Shown here piece after piece: positions 62,601 to 64,000 of a DNA stretch of 64,000 nt (position 1 is the first letter of the stretch; every line of letters begins with the position of its first letter). This DNA comes from Eledone cirrhosa (Eukaryota). A program made the translations under genes and the position numbers. The stretch is taken from the NCBI GenBank assembly GCA_964016885.1, contig OZ024745.1, positions 3,224,001 to 3,288,000 on the forward strand. Reading direction: 5' to 3'. The notes below the pieces were generated by a model. It made no database searches. It worked only from the letters and a program-made list of their open reading frames with translations, and had not been told where the DNA came from.

Positions 62601-64000
62601 TTCTCCCGCCTGTCCTTTAGTCCACCTTCTCCCACCTGTCCTTTAGTCCACCTTCTCCCACCTGTCCTTTAGTCCACCTTCTCCCACCTGTCCTTTACTC
62701 CACCATCTCCCACCTGTCCTTTAGTCCACCTTCTCCCACCTGTCCTTTAGTCCACCATCTCCCACCTGTCCTTTAGTCCACCTTCTCCCACCTGTCCTTT
62801 AGTCCACCATCTCCCACCTGTCCTTTAGTCCACCATCTCCCACCTGTCCTTTAGTCCACCATCTCCCACCTGTCCTTTAGTCCACCTTCTCCCACCTGTC
62901 CTTTAGTCCACCTTCTCCCACCTGTCCTTTAGTCCACCATCTCCCACCTGTCCTTTAGTCCACCATCTCCCACCTGTCCTTTAGTCCACCATCTCGCACC
63001 TGTCCTTTAGTCCACCTTCTCCCACCTGTCCTTTAGTCCACCTTCTCCCACCTGTCCTTTAGTCCACCATCTCCCACCTGTCCTTTAGTCCACCTTCTCC
63101 CACCTGTCCTTTAGTCCACCTTCTCCCACCTGTCCTTTAGTCCACCATCTCGCACCTGTCCTTTAGTCCACCTTCTCCCACCTGTCCTTTAGTCCACCAT
63201 CTCCCACCTGTCCTTTAGTCCACCATCTCGCACCTGTCCTTTAGTCCACCTTCTCCCACCTGTCCTTTAGTCCACCATCTCCCACCTGTCCTTTAGTCCA
63301 CCATCTCCCACCTGTCCTTTAGTCCACCTTCTCCCACCTGTCCTTTAGTCCACCTTCTCCCACCTGTCCTTTAGTCCACCATCTCCCACCTGTCCTTTAG
63401 TCCACCATCTCCCACCTGTCCTTTAGTCCACCATCTCGCACCTGTCCTTTAGTCCACCATCTCCCACCTGTCCTTTAGTCCACCTTCTCCCACCTGTCCT
63501 TTAGTCAACCTTCTCCCACCTGTCCTTTAGTCCACCATCTCCCACCTGTCCTTTACTCCACCATCTCCCACCTGTCCTTTAGTCTCCCATCTCCCACCTG
63601 TCCTTTAGTCCACCTTCTCCCACCTGTCCTTTAGTCCACCATCTCCCACCTGTCATTTAGTCCACCTTCTCCCACCTGTCCTTTACTCCACCTTCTCCCA
63701 CCTGTCCTTTAGTCCACCTTCTCCCACCTGTCCTTTAGTCCACCTTCTCCCACCTGTCCTTTAGTCTACCATCTCCCACATGTCCTTTACTCCACCTTCT
63801 CCCACCTGTCCTTTAGTCTACCATCTCCCACCTGTCCTTTAGTCCACCTTCTCCCACCTGTCCTTTAGTCCACCTTCTCCCACCTGTCCTTTAGTCCTCC
63901 TTCTCCCACCTGTCCTTTAGTCTACCATCTCCCACCTGTCCTTTAGTCCACCTTCTCCCACCTGTCCTTTAGTCCACCTTCTCCCGCCTGTCCTTTAGTC
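5637..64000. repeat. 26-bp satellite DNA array, consensus CTGTCCTTTAGTCCACC(T/A)TCTCCCAC; >=58 kb, ~2,240 monomers, single orientation; continues beyond the right window edge
   Basis: Continuous head-to-tail repetition with a 26-bp period; the ORF at 51806-52057 has a 26-aa period (3 monomers). Monomers differ mostly by single substitutions, with occasional 25-bp and 23-bp deletion variants. I saw no non-repeat interruption. Confidence 0.99.

Noticed and set aside
5637-64000. CRISPR-like array or information-storing binary (T/A) code
   Set aside because: There are no unique spacers, leader or cas genes. The variant order is adequately explained by nested duplication of monomer blocks.
1-64000. 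Telomeric repeat identity for either array, or a common origin of the two monomers (shared TAAAGG/TGTCC words)
   Set aside because: There are no TTAGGG/TTAGG-type tandem units. The shared words are only 5-6 bp and lie in inconsistent orientations.

Overview
Eukaryotic, almost entirely tandem-repeat DNA with no intact protein-coding gene. Positions 1-~3310 hold an AT-rich 18/19-bp minisatellite (AAGGTA[T]ATGTC[C/T]AGTTTA, ~180 copies, open at the left edge). Positions ~3311-5636 are a 2.3-kb AT-rich island with microsatellites and two dead mobile elements on the minus strand. One is an internally deleted, twice-frameshifted Tc1/mariner-superfamily transposase whose reconstructed catalytic spacing is DD37D (maT/mori family). 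The other is a ~120-bp 3' end of an RTE-like non-LTR retroposon with a (GAT)n tail and a 14-bp target-site duplication. Positions ~5637-64000 are an uninterrupted, single-orientation 26-bp satellite (CTGTCCTTTAGTCCACC[T/A]TCTCCCAC, ~2,240 copies, open at the right edge). Its variant monomers show zonation, local higher-order repeats and kb-scale internal duplications. All listed ORFs except the transposase remnants are repeat or antisense artefacts. I see no evidence of a new gene system; the most notable features are the satellite architecture and the two element remnants.
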